Below are positions 13,291 through 27,850 of a stretch of DNA of 64,000 bases, one piece after another; the first letter of the stretch is position 1; every line of letters begins with the position of its first letter. The DNA comes from the human T2T-CHM13v2.0 reference genome, Homo sapiens. The notes below the pieces were generated by a model that had not been told where the DNA came from, made no database searches, and worked only from the letters and a program-made list of their open reading frames with translations. The position numbers were made by a program, and so were the translations under genes. Where the stretch lies: NCBI RefSeq assembly GCF_009914755.1, contig NC_060939.1. One strand, written 5' to 3'.

Positions 13291-13750
13291 AAAGTTCTTC
13301 CAAAGGTACAAAAAGTACCATAGAGTGGAGGTAAAGTAAAATAAAATACAGGCTTCGGAAGAACTTGTGTAACTGTTAAAGAAAGAAACTTTGCATTCTT
13401 TTTATTTTCTATCATGGGATATCTATTATCTCTATAGGTAATAGCACAACCAAAATTGAAACCAGTGTATCATAATGTTTTATAATGGAAAAAAACTTCT
13501 AAAACTGATCAGAATGAGACCTCAGACCCCAAATATTGTTTTCGGTATAGAAGCAGATCTTAGCAAGAAGTAGATCTTGAGATTTAAATTTAAAGAGGGA
13601 CTACTACATAAAATATGAAGCCAATAATTTAAACTGTAAATATTTTGAGGAAAAACCCAATAGCCTAATACCAACAAAAAAGAAAGAAAAAGTTAACTGT
13701 GAAAACATTTTCAATGCATGGGAATTTTTTTGTTGTAAAAGAAAAGAATG

Positions 13751-14029
13751 GGCGGGGTGCGGTGGCTCACACCTGTAATCCCAGCATTTTGGGAGGCCAA
13801 GGTGGGCAGATCATGAGGTCAGGAGATCGAGACCATCCTGGTGAACACGGTGAAACTCCGTCTCTACTAAAAATACAAAAAATTAGCCGGGCATGGTGGC
13901 GGGCGCCTGTAGTCCCAGCTACTCGGGAGGCTGAGGCAGGAGAGTGGCATGAACCCGAGAGGCGGAGTTGCAGTGAGCCGAGATGGCGCCACTGCACTCC
14001 AGCCTGGGTGACAGAGTGAGACTCTGCCT

Positions 14030-14063
<34 letters not shown>
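13751..14063 (+). mobile_element. AluY
   Basis: AluY-type aggagatcgagaccatcctgg, aacacggtgaaac and ggcatgaacccg; long poly-A tail; many CpGs retained. Confidence 0.93.
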
Positions 14064-14064
<1 letters not shown>

Positions 14065-14559
14065 ATGGGCAAGAACCATAGGCTCTGTTTCTGATTCTGT
14101 CTTTGATTCATTTCATGTTCTAGTACACTTTCCTAATCTCTAACGTTACTAAGTCTAAAATGAACGTTATTAAATTTCCCTTTACATCTCCTCTAAATAT
14201 CAAACAAACTCATTGAATATTGTTTTTTCTTTATTGGAAAGATCTCAGTGCTTAACTCCTGACCACCAATTTTTGAATTAGAAATAATAACAACTGAATA
14301 GGGGTTTTGTGAGAAACAAATTAATATTATCCATCTTTTAAAAGAACTCACGTATATAGTAAAACTCCGATTGATTCTACTTCAAAATTGAATTTCAAAA
14401 ATGATATGATTACAAAAATAATCTTATTCAGCTTCACAGGCTGTATGAAGTAGAAAATAAGAGTTCTAATGTTTATTTATCATTTCTGTGAAGTAAATCA
14501 GTAAAAATTAAAAGCGTGACTCCCCAACCTAAGCTTTACAAATTTTCAGTAGTTTGGTG

Positions 14560-15185
14560 TGTTTTCTTCCAGCTAATCTTTCACACATATAAACATAGAA
14601 ATTCATTTAATAATGTTTGCTTCTATAGTGTTTTTTATGAAATATGCGATCATATTTTATATGCTAATCTATAATTTGCTTTATTCACCTAATACTGCCT
14701 GAGAGACATCTATTCATGTCAATTGAAAGAGATCTGCCTTGGTCATTTCAATAGCTGCATATTTTTCCGTGGTATCATTTAACATCAGGATGATGCAGCC
14801 AATGAGGGGACTCCTGGGGCACAGACAAGAGAAGGGGATAGGGACAACACAGATATTGGTATAGAAAAGAACTGAAGTCCTGTAGAGAGTCATTAGATAA
14901 CTATGAGAAAATCAACTTCAACAAAAGCCTGAATTTTCATCAATTTTTAATTGTTTCCAGTCTGATAAGTAAAAAATTTTTACTCTTATTAAGGTGAACA
15001 GCTCCTTTCTTGTGTTTATTAGGCTTTGATTTTTTTTAAATTTCCCTTTCATCTCAGCCACTTTTCCTTTCATTTCTTCTATAGATTTTTAACATGTTAA
15101 TAATATGTTCCTTTTATATTAATAATATTCTTTTTGTCTTTTATATAAGCTGTATATATTTTTCCAGTTTGTTGTTTTATTTTAA
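14560..15185 (-). mobile_element. Degraded L1ME-like fragments
   Basis: atttgctttattcacctaata...atagctgcatatttttccgtggtat. Confidence 0.45.
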
Positions 15186-15194
15186 ATGGGGGTT

Positions 15195-16733
15195 TTTGTT
15201 TTGCTTTTTCTTTCCAACTTTTATGTGAGGTTCAGTGGGTACATAGGCAGGTTTGTTACATGGGTAAATTGTAAGTCATGGGGGTTTGATATACAAATTA
15301 TTCCATCACCCAGATGATAAGCATAGTAGCCAATAGGTAGTTTTTAGATCCGTACTCTCCTCCCACCCTCCACCCTCAAGGAGGTCCCAATGTCTTTTGT
15401 TCCTTTCTTTGTGTCCATATGCACTCGATATTTAGCTCCCACTTATAAGTGAGAACATCTGATATTTAATTTGTGTTCCTGAGTTAATTCACTTACACTG
15501 ATGACCTCCAACTCCATCCACGTTGCTGCAAAGGACATGATTTTATTCTTTTTTATACCTGTGTGGTATCCTATGGTACAAATGTCCCACCTTTTCTTTA
15601 TCCAGTCCACTGTGTATGGGCTTCTAGGTTGAATTCTATGTCTTTGTTATTATGTATAGTGCTGTGATGACCATACAAGTGCATGTGTCTTTTTGGTAGA
15701 GAGATTTGTTTTGGTTATATTCCCAATAAAGAGATTGCTGAGTTAAATGGTAGTTGTATTTTACGTTCTTTGAGAAATCTCCAAACTGTTTTCCACAGTG
15801 GCTGAATTAATTTACATTCCCACTAGCAGCGTATAATTGTTCCCTTTTCTCTGCAACCTCACCGGCATCTGTTATGTTTTTACTTTTCAATGATTGCCAT
15901 TCTGACCAATGTGAGATAATATCTCATGGTGGTTTTGATCTGCATTTCCGTAATGATTAGTAACATCAAGAATTTTTTCACACGCTTTTTGGCCATGTGT
16001 ATGTCATCTTTTGAGAAGTCTCTGTTCATGTTCTTTGTTCATTTTTAATGAGGTTGCCTGTTGTTTTTGCACGTTGACTTAAGTTTCTTACAGATTCTGG
16101 ATATTACCTTTGCCAGATGTATAGTTTGCAAGTATTTTCTCCCATTCTGAAGTTTGTCCCTTTACTCTGTTGATAGTTTCTTTTGCTGTGCAGAAGCTCT
16201 TTAGTTTAATTAAATCCCACTTGTCAATTTTTCTTTTCATTGCAATTGCTTTTGGGGTCATCATAAAATCTTTGCCAAGGCCTATGTCCAGAATGGCATT
16301 TTCTAGGTGTTCTTCTGGGTTCTTATAGTTTCCAGTTTTACATTGTCTTTAATTCATCTTGAGTTGATTTTTGTATATGGTGAAAAAGATCCAGTTTCAA
16401 TCTTCTGCACGTGACTAGCCAGTTATCCCAGCATCATTTATTAAATGGGGAGTCGTTTCCCCATTGCTTTTGTCAGCTTTGTGAAAGACCAGATGGTTGT
16501 AGGTGTGTGGCCTTATTTCTGGGCTCTCTGTTCTGTTCCATTGTTCTATGTGTCTTTCTTGGTGCCAGTATCATGCTGTTATGGTTACTGCAGCCTTGTA
16601 GTATAATTTGAAGTTAGGTAGTGTGATATCTTTGGCTTGGTTCTTTTTTCTTAAGATTATTTTGTATGTTTGGGTTCTTTCTTGGTTCCATATGAATTTA
16701 GAATTTTTCTTCTAATTCTATAAAAATGTCATT
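15195..16733 (-). mobile_element. 5'-truncated L1PA15/16-like element
   Basis: Antisense 3' UTR caggtttgttacatgggtaaattg...catcacccagatgataagcatagtagccaatagg, followed by the ORF2 C-terminal region. Confidence 0.85.
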
Positions 16734-17852
16734 TGCCAAACTGCTTTCCAAAACAACTATAACATTTTGCATTCTCAAAAGCAATGTGTCAGAGTTCCAG
16801 CTCCTCTGCATGCTTGCATGTTTGCTAGCCCTTAGTATTGGTGGGCTTCTGCCTTTTGTTTTTTTTAAGCTATTCTAATAGACATGTAGTATCACATCAT
16901 AATTTTATTGGCAAATATCTAATGACTAATAATGTTGAGCCTATTTGCATGTGTTTATTTCCCATCTAATTTTTTTCTCTGCTGAAGTGTCATTCAAATC
17001 ATTTGCCCATTTTTATTGAGTAATGTTTTTTCTCTATTATTGAGATTTTAGTGTAATGTATATATCCTGATATAAGTCCTTTATCAGTCACATGTTTTGC
17101 AAATTTTTTTCTCCCTGTTTGTGGCTTATCTTTTTGTTTTCTCAACAGTGTCTTTTGAAGATCAGATTTTAATTCATGAAGTTCAATTTATCAATATTTT
17201 ATTTTATGGGTTTACACCTTTGTGTTACATCTAGACAATTTTTGCCTAATATAAGGTCATAAGGATTTTCTACTATGTTTTCTTTCAGAAGTTTTATAGT
17301 TTTAGGTTTGGCATTTTGGTCTGTGGTCCTTTTTGAGTTAAATGTTTAATTTGTTGCAAGGTATGAGTCAAGATTTTTTTCTTTTTTGCATGTGGATATT
17401 CAAGTATTTTAGCATCTCTTGTTGAAAAGACTGTCCTTTCTTCACTGACATACTGTTACACATTGTTGAAAATTAGCCACTCTTGTAAGAGTAGCCACTC
17501 TTGTCTTGTAGTTGAAGACATTCTGTATAAATTATTATATTTTCATAGAAAGCTGCAAATACAAGTAATGTTTGTTCTTTACTTTTAAAAAAACATTTTT
17601 TCCTCTTCTAGTGCTTTTACTTTGCTATGTCAATTTTAGAATCAGTTTGTTAATTTCCACAAGAAATTCTGCTAGAATTTTGATTGAGATTGCATTGAAT
17701 CTATGAATCAATTTGAGAAAAGATAAAATTCTAACATTACTGAGTGTATCAGTCTGTAAATACAATATATTGATTTAGGCCTTATTTAATTTCTTTTTTC
17801 AATACTTCATAGTTTTCTTCATATAAATCTTGTACATATTATCTTAGATTTA

Positions 17853-18383
<531 letters not shown>

Positions 18384-20198
18384 GATGCTATTATAAATGA
18401 TACTATTATTTTAATTTGAATTTCCAATAGTTCATTGGTAGTATACCAAAATACATGATTTTATATTCTGTGACCTTATATTTTGTAGCTTCTTAAATTA
18501 GTTTTTTAGACATTTTCTATGCAGACAATTTTTAGTATGCCATTTTTTATGTAGAAAACCATGTTGTCTGTGAAAAGTCTTATTTCTTCCTTTGCTATCT
18601 ATATGCCTTTTATGTATTTCTCTTGCATTTTAACAGAATTTAGGAACTCCAGCACAATGTTATGTAGAAATACTGAGAGTCAACATCATCATCTTCATCC
18701 TTAAGTATCAAGTGTGAGACTTAACTATAATTTTAGCAGTAGGGTTTTGTAGATTCTCTTTATGAGGTTAAAAAAGTTCACTTTACTGTCTTTCAGAGGG
18801 ATTTTAAATCATGAATGAATGTTGAAGTTTGTCAAATACCTTTTCAGCATCTATTGAGATGATCATAAAATTTTTCTTCCATAGTCTAACAATATGGTAA
18901 ATTATGTTGATTCATTTTTGAAGGTTGAATTAACATTGTATTTTTGGGATAAACCTCTCGATCATAATGTATTGTTCATTTTATATATTGTGAGATTAAA
19001 TTTGGTATTTTTTGTTGAAGATTTTTACATCTATGTTTATAAGAGATATTCTTTAGTTTTTTGTGTGTTTTAGTTTTTAGTTTTAGTTCTTTAGTTCTTT
19101 GTTTCTTGTATATTGTACTATAAAGTTAACATAATCTTATTCTTGATTCAAATAAATTAAAATAGCTAAGCAATTTTGCCTTTTTATAAGCATAAAGTAC
19201 TCTTATTATATCACTTATAATTTTGATGCCGCATATTAATTACATAAAATCTAATGTACTACAAAATGTGTTATGCTAGTATTTATGCTCAAATGAAACC
19301 TTTTGAAATAAATTGTTTGCCTAGGGTTATTTTTATATCAGTAAAGTAAAATTTAATATTGAAAACTAATTTATATGTATTCAGATTGTATTAAATTTTT
19401 TAGAAAAGTTCTGAACTTAAATACTTGATAAATGTAAAGCTTCTGATTTAAGTTTTAAAATCGAATGCCTTATTAGACAAATTGATAAAATTGGCAGTCA
19501 GTAAGGGAAACTGATGCAACACACTCTAATTTTGATGAAAATATGGACTAGAGTAGTTCTGTATGTGTCAATAGTCTTTTCTTATTTGAGGTTGTCTTGA
19601 GGTCATATTTCCTTAGGTAACACTTTCCATACAGGATTATACTCTTTTTTTATTCGAACCCCCAAATGTGGATGAATGTGAGAGCTAGCTCTGTTCTTTG
19701 ATATAAATATTTTTATTCATGTGTGCAAGTCTGTATATATATAGAGAGAAAATACTTCTAGTCTTACATTCTGGCATGGAGTGAGTGTTTACACTGTAAT
19801 AAAAAGACTCGGTCATCATATTCATTGGGCTTATATTATTAAGAGCCTTATCATGAGACTGAAAACACATGCAAACAAAATAAATTTTTAGAAGCAGTCA
19901 GAATCTTGTTTTTAACCTAAGCTTGTTTAGTCTAAAACACAGACCTGCCTGGAAGTTCTGGAGTACAGATTAGTGGGTGTGTCCACCAGGAGCCATTTTG
20001 CCAGAGGGAGTGAGGAATCTTTGTTCATATAATTCACATGAAGATAATAGATAATAGAAAAAATAGAAGTACTTAATTGTGCTTCAAAGAAAATGGCTGA
20101 GGGACATATATGAGGTGTGATTTTTTAGTGTCATATGGTGTTTGCTATTCAGCTTCATCTGATCTATCCTCAAAAGTGAGACATAAAAAGACGGAGTC

Positions 20199-20611
<413 letters not shown>

Positions 20612-20770
20612 TTACCATCCAATAACTTTTTAACATTAAACTCTAGTGTGTAACATTTTTTTTTTTACTTACGAAAGTTCATAAAGAGAAATGTCATAAA
20701 TAAAAGTATTTATGAACTATGTAATAACTACTGTGGTATATATGTAAAATGCTGTATTTTGGTTTTTAGG

Positions 20771-20815
20771 CATGCTTTTCTTCTTCATACACTAATACAA
20801 TGTGTTTGGTTTTAG
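20771..20815 (+). promoter_or_regulatory. 3' splice site with branch-point-like ACTAAT (20791-20796) and a U/G-rich tract
   Basis: ACTAAT about 20 nt upstream of the AG, followed by tgtgtttggttttAG. Confidence 0.8.
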
Positions 20816-20901
20816 GTTTCCTCAAGAGCTGAACATGGGAAAAATAAGTGCCGAAATTATGTGGACTCTTTTTGCTCTGGATATGAAATATGCATTAGAA
20901 G
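20816..20901 (+). CDS. UNC13C: Internal coding exon (86 nt, phase 2 to phase 1) of Munc13-3 / unc-13 homolog C, MUN-domain region
   Basis: Translates as (Q)[28 protein letters not shown], matching the remembered Munc13 motif FPQELNxGKISAExMWxLFAxDMKYAxE. The residues M-GK, I-MWT, FAL and YAL fit UNC13C better than UNC13A/B. Bounded by acceptor ttttAG (20814-20815) and donor G|GTAATT (20902). Lies in ORF 20802..20987. Confidence 0.93.
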
Positions 20902-21509
20902 GTAATTATAAATATTTATACTTATTCGAATACATGTTAGAGTTAAATGGTGATATTGTGTTCTTGGCTTTAAATGTTGAGAATTGAAACATTAAAACAC
21001 TGATTACTGTGATCAGTTTAGTTCTAAAACTTATTTCCGTATGGTGAAAAGATAAGGTCTCAAAGTACTCAAAAAGCCCTAAAGAAGTATATACATTTTT
21101 AATTATATGGTCTAAGTTCTTGGATCATAAAAATATTTCACTGATAGGATTATGCTCATATGCAAGAATACTTTATGGTAGTTCATTTACCAAAGCAGGC
21201 CATATTGAGGGGGTGGATGAGTTGTTTAGTCCAGATATTTGTCTACGTGGACTTGGAAATAGTATCCACCAGGAGGCGGGTCAAAATCCTACCAAGTTTG
21301 CTCAAGAACAATGGCAGAGGTCTTCACCCGAAACTCCACTCTGAATAAGTACAAATCATTCAGTGTAGAAAAGAGAAATACAGCTCTAAGTTAAACAATT
21401 CTATAAATATTCTTTGTGCACCCTCATTGTGTTTACAGTTAGAGATAGAACCATAGACCTGGTTACTATCCTCTAGAAACTAACAACCTAGTAGAAAAAT
21501 TTCTTTGTA

Positions 21510-22095
21510 CTTATTCAGTGAATATATATTGAGCCCATAGATACTAAATGACCATTGGTGCACTGGATGTAGGGGATGCAACAGTGAACAAGATAGCCCT
21601 GGTCCCCACCCTCATCAAGATTGCAGAGGAGGACTACAAGAATGCAAACAGTTGCAATGTGGAGTGGTGAGGACTTATGATGACGGAGTGTCTGGAGAAG
21701 CACCTACAGCAGACATGGGGCTAGGGGACAAGGCAGGCTTACTATGGGAACTTCCTCTAAGAAAATGTAACTTTGATAAAGACCTAAAGGATAGGTAGGA
21801 GTAAGAAGAGCTTTTGGTAGGACAGAGCACTAGCAATTAGAGAAAGCACAAGGTGCATTTGAGAAGAGAGAACTCAGTGGGCCCAATGATCAAGAAAGAG
21901 GTAGCAAGAAGTAAGACAGGAGAAATTAGCAGGGACCAGCAGACAGGGCCTTGTGGGCCATCGTGAGGAGTTTGACTCTGTGCTGAGAGAAACAAAGTCC
22001 CATAAAGGATTTTCAGCAGGTGCATGTCTTACTTAGATTTGCAACTTAGAAAAATCATTTTGATTACAATATGGAAAATAGGTTGCGAGAGTGAG
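21510..22095 (-). mobile_element. L2 3' fragment
   Basis: ttattcagtgaatatatattgagccc...acagtgaacaagatagccctggtccccaccctca...cagggccttgtgggccat. Confidence 0.75.
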
Positions 22096-22479
22096 ACAGG
22101 TTTTATAGCGTTCGTGTTTATCATGCTAATGTTTAATAGCTTTCCTGTACCAGGTTGCAGAGGGAACATTCAGTTTTTCTTATTTGGAAAAAAAAGGTAC
22201 TAGATAGATCATAATATCTAGTTTTGTGATAAAGTCAGGCTCTCCCACTCACAAATAGAGAGGTTTATCTAATCTTTAAAATCACACCAGAACTGCTCAG
22301 AGGTACAATTCCTTACTTTGCAATGAGGTGTTTCTTCTACAGTTTATTAATGACCCAGCCCTTCCTACCTCTTCCATCTTTGTCTCCTACTAACCACATC
22401 CTTTTACATCTCTCTGCTTTCACTGTCTCTTTGGGACCCCAAGATTCTCTTACATCAGACAGGAACTACCAGTCCACTC

Positions 22480-23070
22480 AGCAAATAACTTTTTTTCAGA
22501 GAGCGTTCACTACCCTAGGCCTATACTCTGCATCCCCCCACCCTACTTGAAAGTCTATCAGGCATCTGAAGATTTTTAGGGTCTGTATAGATTCTTAATC
22601 TCCTTTGTCAGAACAGACTCTTCTCTGCTGTTCCCTATAGCAGTTATTGGTGCCACCATTTATGCAGCTACTTAAGCACTTACGGGTTATCATTGATTCC
22701 TTTATTGTCTTCGCTACAGTAAAAGTTTATTCCTGCATGAGGGATTTTTTGGCCAGCTGCTCTGATGCCTGGATTTTTCTTCCCACCAATCTTCATAAGC
22801 AGCCATGGAGGGCTCAGCTACTGACACCTCCTCAGAGAAGATTTCCCTCACCGCATTATCTGTAGTAGCTCCCAGGAATAAACTTATTTTAATCTGCTGC
22901 GTAACAACTGATTTTATTTGTTTATTTGTTTGTTGATTTGATTATGTATGTGTCTTTTTTACCAAAATGTAATTTTTTTGTCTATGACTTTTACCAACAT
23001 ATCTACATTGCCTATAATGATGTTTAGAAAATAGAAGCTACTCAATAACTACTTGTTGAACAAATAAATT
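22480..23070 (+). mobile_element. L2 fragment
   Basis: Pyrimidine-rich body ending gctactcaataactacttgttgaacaaataaat. Confidence 0.55.
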
Positions 23071-23683
23071 GCCAACTTTACCAGGTAATCCCAACTCAAT
23101 GGATTAGTGGCAAGGGCAGTAGAGGAGACATCATTTTGTGACCGTCTTTTGCTGTGTGACCTTGGGAACATTCCAAGAGCTCAACACCTTTGTGTTTCAC
23201 TGTTCTCCCCTTTTGTTTGAGTAGAACAAAACTCAGTGCATTTTCAAACATTTATTGCCTTTTTGTATCATAATGTATAAGCTAAATGTTATAGAAAGTT
23301 GACAATTAACCTTACCATTTAAGTTTTAGAGTAAATTTAAAACTTACTCTAAATCTATGTCTTAGAGTAAATTTAACTGGGGACTTGGGTACAATTCTGC
23401 ATAACTGTATTTTCCATATTTAACTATGATTCAGCATACTTCATATATATTTTGAAGATTAAAGTGTTTTAATGCTTTTTAGTAGAATAGATGGTCTTAC
23501 TAGTGACATTTTCAATTATATGAGATTAGAGCTTTTTGAAAAAAAGAACTATGTTAACCATGTGTCAGTCCTTAACACAAGCCTGGCATATAGTAGTTGC
23601 TCAATAAATAATGGTTGCATGAAAATCTAAGGAGCACTAAAGCAGTGTGTAAATGAATATATATGAGTAGATTAGTGACATAA

Positions 23684-23896
<213 letters not shown>

Positions 23897-25978
23897 TAGT
23901 CCCTTCTATATTGAAGTACATTGTTCATCAGTTTAATTGTCCATATTGATATTTGCACAACAGAATAGTAAAGCTTTAGCTCATCAGAATGCCTTTTAGC
24001 CTCAATCCTTACCCAAAGGCTTTCTAATATATAACAATCTATTTTACATTAGCAAACACAGCCCACAGAACACATGGCAAAATGCTGCTTTTATGAGATA
24101 AAACCACATTTTAGCCATCAAACAGATTTCACAGACTGGTTAATAAAAATCAGCTGTCAGACTGTCTAATACAAAGTCGAAAAATATTCCATTAAATCCC
24201 CTATGTCGTTTTAGTGGGGAAATGGAGATCAGGGAGAATAGACGTTGAGAAGCAGGGCAAGACCAAGGTGGACAGATGTGTTCTAGGCTCACCTTCCACT
24301 GCTTGTTCTGCATGTTTCTTCCCGCACCCTGTCTGCCCTGCCCCTTCTTTATCTATATCTTATGAGCACCTGGTGCATTTAGGGCTTTCGAAGAGATTAG
24401 ACACACTAAAGCATTTGGGGCATCCTGGTTATCCCTTCCAAAAGATCTGAAATCACAATAAGGAAATAAACACATTATAATTAAAAACTGGGAGGGTTGG
24501 GGGCTTGGTAAATATATCCTGCATACACTGATGAGCTGGAAGTGGCTATGTGGGAATAAACATAAAAGACAATAAAACGGGAGCAAGAAATGAAGCTAAT
24601 TAGCATCCGCTTTTCACCTCTAAACACGTATCTCAGAAATTTAGGAGATTCTTGCCTCCTTTCATCTTTACATTGAAGGAAAGCATCAGTGTTAATACCA
24701 TTGACCTAAACTTGGAAGCACAGTTCCTCTTTCACACTTATAGTAAGCACATTCCACAGTTTCCTCCACTGGCAGTTCCCTTCCAACCCGCACACTCCCT
24801 CCTCCCTTGCAATTGAGTTGAAACTACTTGTTTTGTATATCTGGAGTAGATAGAGAAGGCAAGCTCTGTATAATTAATCTAGAATCATGCTGACTAAAAT
24901 ATTTGGTTTCTAAATAACAGAAGAAAAATAGACATCTAAGACTGTTTGTAATGCTATTATTTAGGTACACCTTTGACCATCTACTAAATCACTTTGTTAT
25001 CTATTTCAGTAAAAGATAATTAAAATATGTTTACCTGAGTAATATACCATGCTCTTTTGATAGAGATGAATACATCAGAGTAGGTATGTAATTAACTGGT
25101 CAGCCACTTTCTCTGGTCCAACTTAAAAAGTAATCAAATGGAAAGAACAGGACTAAACTAACTTCTCAGGCTATGAATGTGGTCCCACTTGTAGTATAGG
25201 CAAATCTATTTGTTGAACACACAGCTGGGTGCTCTGATACTATTAGAAGTTCAATGGCTAATAACTTCAATAACTTTTAAATCTGTCTTTCTATTATACT
25301 ATGGTGAACTTTAGCAGAATCTCACGTAAATGGAAATGAGTTTCCAAAAGCCCACTGAGCTGGTATTAGAATCAGGATATGGAGACTTACCTGTTTAGAT
25401 ATTTTTAATTAGTAGATGGTCACTATATAAATAGAACATAAGGCCTTAATGAGTATTTTATCCCTGCCTGAACTCAAACTCTAAGATTCTAGTTTTATCT
25501 CATATAATTCTGCCTCTTTGGTTTTGAAATAAGGAACAACAGTGGACACTGACATTCAAGGATTTAGTTAAGTTACCTGGTCATCTGTGCTCCTGGAAAA
25601 CACTGAGCTTTCTCACATTTTTTTGTTTCAGATGGTATTAGAATTTAAATTTCTTGTTAACTCAATTCAGAGTCTGTGTTGTCGTGAATACAGCTGGTCT
25701 CTCACTGTTGAGCTTGGTACTCACTCAAGTATGACAACTTTTTTTCTTTCTCTCTTATATGAGGCCTCAGGAGACTAAAAGGCTGAGACTGGGTGATCTT
25801 TCTCTCTCCCTCTTACAACATACCCCCTTTCTAGTTAATTGTTTTAGTAGCTAATTATTTTTGGTGTGCTTAAGGAGTCAGAAAAGAATAAGATGAACAG
25901 ATCCCCTGCAGTAGCACCAAAATAGTAAAAGAGAAACTCTCAGCTTGGATACCTAAAAAATATAAGGTTTAGGGTTAG

Positions 25979-26406
25979 TGTATCAGTTACCTATTATGAT
26001 ATAATGAATTATCCCAAAATTTAGTGGCTGGCAACATACGTAAGTAGCTCCTGTTGTTGAAGAACTGATGGGCTGGGGGATTGCTTTCCTAGGTGACATA
26101 CTTACATGGCTGTTGAGTAGTTGCGGGCTGTCAGCAGGAGACCTCAGTTGTTCTCAGCATGGACCTCTCCACAAACTCCTTGACCATCTCCAAGATACAG
26201 CTGCTAGCTTTTCCCAAAGTGGGCAATGCAAGAGAAAAGGCAGAAGCTGCCATCTTTATTATCTATACTGTGAAGCCACACTCAGTCACTTCTACAATAT
26301 CTCGTTGGTCGCACAGTTCAGCTTGTTCAGTGTGGGAGAGAGTATGCGAGGTGATGAACTCTAAGAGTCAAGGATACAGGTGTCATCTTGAAGGCTGGCT
26401 AGCACA
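25979..26406 (-). mobile_element. MLT1 (MLT1F/G-like) MaLR LTR
   Basis: tgtatcagttacctatt...cccaaaatttagtggct...catcttgaaggctggctagcaca. Confidence 0.7.
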
Positions 26407-26769
26407 ATTAGTATTTGCCTTTCTGATCATTTCTGTATAATATTAGCATATTCTTATTTTAGGTCAGGTTTTTGTTTGTGATGATTTTAAACAAAAATAA
26501 TAGTCAGTGTGGATAAAACCATTTTTTTTCCCTTCGGCTTCATTTCTCTCAGCCCTTCCCATAACAACAGGAAAATGAGGTGAGCAAGAAATGACTCTTG
26601 AAATTTTATAAAAATAAATTATTGTCTAAGATGCTAAAGCTCTTGTTAACCCTCTCTAGTTTTCCTCACCAAGCTCCTCTGGGAAGGGAATTCTGGTTCA
26701 CTGAAAAGAAATTAACCAGACACTTTCAGGAAAGGCATTCATTGATCTACTGTGCTCTCTTCATTTCAG

Positions 26770-27085
26770 AACAGTGGTTTTCAACACTGATTATACATTA
26801 GAATCACCAGGGGTAGAGCCTTGGCCTTTTGAAACATGCCCAGATTTTTAATCTTATTTAGCAATTGCCTATTTAGCACTTGCTAGGTACTGGTTTAAAT
26901 GATTTATGAATATTAACTTATTTGATCCCCACAACAAGCCTATGAAATAAATACTATCATTATCCCCCTTTTAGAGAGGTTATTTTGCCTGAAATTATAT
27001 TGCAATTGAATGGAAGAGCCAAGATTCCTGGTGATTCTAGTATGTATTCATACTAGATTGATGTATTCATGATTGAGTACCATTA
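26770..27085. mobile_element. MER5-like DNA transposon apparently split by an antisense MIR (~26860-27025)
   Basis: cagtggttttcaacactg...cattagaatcaccagggg at left; cctggtgattct...gattgagtaccatt at right; MIR core between. Confidence 0.55.
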
Positions 27086-27292
27086 TTCATAACATTAATT
27101 ACATTTTGGTGGCCTTCTTGGAGAATCTAATAAAATATGTAGACTGTATTACTAGAAGAATGCTAAATAGCCTATACATCAAAACTCTGCATATATTCTC
27201 CCAAAGATATGTATACAAATGCCCTATAGCCCAATCATTGACTTCTTCCAAGGATCCATGGACCCCAGGTTCAAAACTTTTGCTTGCTAGAG

Positions 27293-27463
27293 CAGTGATT
27301 ATCCCTGGACCAGCAGCATCAGCTAGGCAGTTGGTGGAAATGCAAATTCTTGGGCCCCATCCCACATCTACCTAATCAGACATCCTGGGAATAGGGCCCA
27401 GCAATTCCTGTTTTGACAAAACTTCCAGTTGCACCTGATGTGCACCAAAGTTGAGAACCACTG
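27293..27463. mobile_element. MER5A
   Basis: cagtg...ggaccagcagcatcagc...gaaatgcaaattcttgggccccatccca...aagttgagaaccactg. Confidence 0.85.
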
Positions 27464-27639
27464 CTCTAGAAAACCGCTGTGTGGAAGCAGGTGATTTAAG
27501 TAGCAAATGAACCCATTTCATGATTCTTTATAGACATCTCATTGTTCTTGGCTCATCCTTATGCAAGTAGAAACTATCTTCTGTTAAAACTTGGTTTATT
27601 TGATAAAAATGATCACCAAAGGAAAATTACTCACAAATA

Positions 27640-27850
27640 TTCATTTAATTTTTCATTAATACACACACTTATGTATTATGTATTCAAGGAATTCCCAGAA
27701 TGCTTGCTCTATGCCAGGCATTATGCTAGCAAGGCTCAATGCAACACAACAGGCATGATCCCTGCCTTGAGAAACTTTTACTTTACAATAAGCAAATAAT
27801 TACACAAATAAACATATAAGATTTAAATCAGTGATATGGATGAAAAGCAT
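27640..27850 (-). mobile_element. L2 3' fragment
   Basis: tgctctatgccaggcattatgctag...atgatccctgccttgagaaacttt. Confidence 0.65.

Noticed and set aside
9169-14111. ORFs 9169-9549, 13699-14019 and 13767-14111
   Set aside because: Translations of Alu sequence
21120-21348. Two overlapping ORFs just downstream of the exon as an extra exon
   Set aside because: No resemblance to Munc13 or any protein I recognise, and no convincing splice sites
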